NCBI GenBank assembly: GCA_036743315.1
Contig: DAINPV010000001.1
Span: forward strand, 1-53,531
Origin: a bacterium
GTDB taxonomy: Bacteria > Lernaellota > Lernaellaia > Lernaellales > Lernaellaceae
Direction: 5' to 3'
Length of the DNA stretch: 53,531 nucleotides
Made by a program: the position numbers and the translations under genes. Below, one piece after another: positions 52,456-53,531 of this stretch. Under the pieces are notes generated by a model. The model saw only the letters and a list, made by a program, of their open reading frames with translations, did no database searches and had not been told where the DNA came from. Position 1 is the first letter of the stretch. Every line of letters starts with the position of its first letter.

Positions 52456-53157
52456 ATGAGCGAACGCGATCGGCCTTTGTACATCGTGCCGGCCTACAAC
52501 GAAGGCGCGAACATCGCCGTGGTGATCGCCGACCTGCTGACCGTGGCGGCGCCGGAGGAAATTCTGGTCGTCAGCGACGGCAGCACCGACGACACCGCCG
52601 CGGTCGTGCGCCGCACGCCGGTTGCGTTTCTCGAACTGCCCTTCAACAACGGCGTGGCCACGGTGCTCAAGGCGGGCTTCGGCTATGCGCTGCGCCATCG
52701 GTTTCCCTATGCCGTGCAGTTCGACGGCGACGGGCAGCACATCGCCGCCGAGGCGGAAAAAATCCTCGCCCCGGTGCGCGCGGGACAATGCGACATCGCC
52801 GTGGGCTATCGCTTCGGCAAGAGCCGCATCGTGTCGTCCAAGGCGCGCGTGGTGGGGCGGATGCTCATCAGCGGTTTTCTGATTCTGCTGACCGGCCAAT
52901 ACCACGCCGATCCGACCAGCGGTTTTCGCGCCTATTCGCGCCGGGCGATCGAGCGTTTCGCGCATGACTTTCCCGACGAGTTCCCCGAGGTCGAATCGAT
53001 CGTGCTGGCGAAGAAATTCGGCCTGCGTCTGCACGGCGAGCCGGTGACGATGCGGCCGCGGCGGGGCGGCAAATCGTCGATCAAATTTTTCGGATCGATC
53101 TACTACATGATCAAGGTGACGCTCGCGTCGCTGATCATGATGCTGCGCCGGTACTGA
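52456..53157 (+). CDS. Family 2 glycosyltransferase (polyprenyl-phosphate sugar synthase-like)
   Basis: YIVPAYNEGANI, VVSDGSTDDT and QFDGDGQH (DxD). C-terminal amphipathic/TM segment. Confidence 0.85.
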   Translation: MSERDRPLYIVPAYNEGANIAVVIADLLTVAAPEEILVVSDGSTDDTAAVVRRTPVAFLELPFNNGVATVLKAGFGYALRHRFPYAVQFDGDGQHIAAEAEKILAPVRAGQCDIAVGYRFGKSRIVSSKARVVGRMLISGFLILLTGQYHADPTSGFRAYSRRAIERFAHDFPDEFPEVESIVLAKKFGLRLHGEPVTMRPRRGGKSSIKFFGSIYYMIKVTLASLIMMLRRY

Positions 53158-53176
53158 CCGGCCGGGAGCGAAGGCG

Positions 53177-53531
53177 ATGGAGCATGCGGCGAATCTGACC
53201 GAATTGCTGGTGCGGCAGAAGATCATCGCGGCGGTCTTCATCGTGCTGATCTTCCTGCTGACGATCGAGTTCATCCGCCGGCGCGCGCTCAAGGAACGCT
53301 ACGCGCTGTTGTGGCTGGCGGCGAGCGTCGTGCTCATTCCGCTGGTGCTGTGGTACGAACTGCTGCTGAAAATCAGCAAGGTGCTGGGCATCGCCTATCC
53401 GCCGGCGACGATTCTGCTGACGGCGATCGTCTTCATCATTCTCATTTTGTTCCACTTCTCGGTGGCGCTGTCCAAAACGCGCCGCCACGAGGAAAAGCTG
53501 TTGTTGCGCATCGCCGAACAGGACGAACGCC
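53177..53531 (+). CDS. DUF2304-like small membrane protein (3' end beyond the window)
   Basis: ATG 53177. MEHAANLTELLVRQKIIAAVFIVLIFLLTIEFIRRRALKERYALLWL.... Open to the window edge, so it is absent from the ORF track. The GT2 plus DUF2304 pairing is common. Confidence 0.6.
   Translation, partial: MEHAANLTELLVRQKIIAAVFIVLIFLLTIEFIRRRALKERYALLWLAASVVLIPLVLWYELLLKISKVLGIAYPPATILLTAIVFIILILFHFSVALSKTRRHEEKLLLRIAEQDER

Noticed and set aside
704-53292. Many long ORFs in the track that lie antisense to, or out of frame with, recognised genes. Examples: 704-1600, 780-1520, 6980-8083, 13830-15161, 15794-16933, 20218-22041, 29270-31039, 39712-41232, 43814-45148, 47427-48587, 49317-51065 and 51457-53292.
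   Set aside because: Their translations are dominated by Arg/Ala/Gly/Pro/His runs, which is typical of stop-poor alternative frames in high-GC DNA. They have no RBS or recognisable motif. Each overlaps a gene with clear family signatures on the other frame or strand.

Overview
High-GC (about two-thirds G+C by eye, not computed) bacterial chromosomal segment from a lineage I cannot place. It is densely coding on both strands. I support about 55 protein genes, one large Alu-domain SRP RNA, one cobalamin riboswitch, several intrinsic terminators and several repeat families. I saw no rRNA, tRNA or CRISPR array. Recognisable housekeeping genes: ffs-dnaX-ybaB-recR, folK/nadD, mobA, wrbA, a ychF-like gene and an S41 tail-specific protease. 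The rest is mostly envelope functions. There are at least 11 lipobox lipoproteins, five of them with poly-Asp linkers directly after the lipobox Cys. There is also a PAP2 phosphatase, two GT-C and two GT2 glycosyltransferases, and an ECF sigma/anti-sigma pair. Main points for a second look: (1) a B12-riboswitch-controlled BtuFDC-like operon whose first gene is a degenerate receiver-like protein, with a paralog just upstream of the riboswitch, the locus bracketed by inverted copies of a ~140-bp hairpin-rich repeat; (2) a 417-bp AT-rich gap with two perfect and two near-perfect DnaA boxes plus other direct repeats; (3) a low-GC island with an alpha/beta hydrolase split exactly at an A_AAA_AAA -1 slippery heptamer; (4) two secreted proteins with C-terminal poly-Asp tails ending in Cys (GCGC, SACGM), mirroring the N-terminal Cys-poly-Asp lipoproteins; (5) an orphan MglA-like GTPase with Asn at the catalytic-Gln position, next to a second low-GC island; (6) a 63-nt, 20-codon module present twice; (7) a TTGAAC-N4-GTTCAA palindrome at three promoter regions. 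All homology calls come from motif recognition by eye and need database confirmation.
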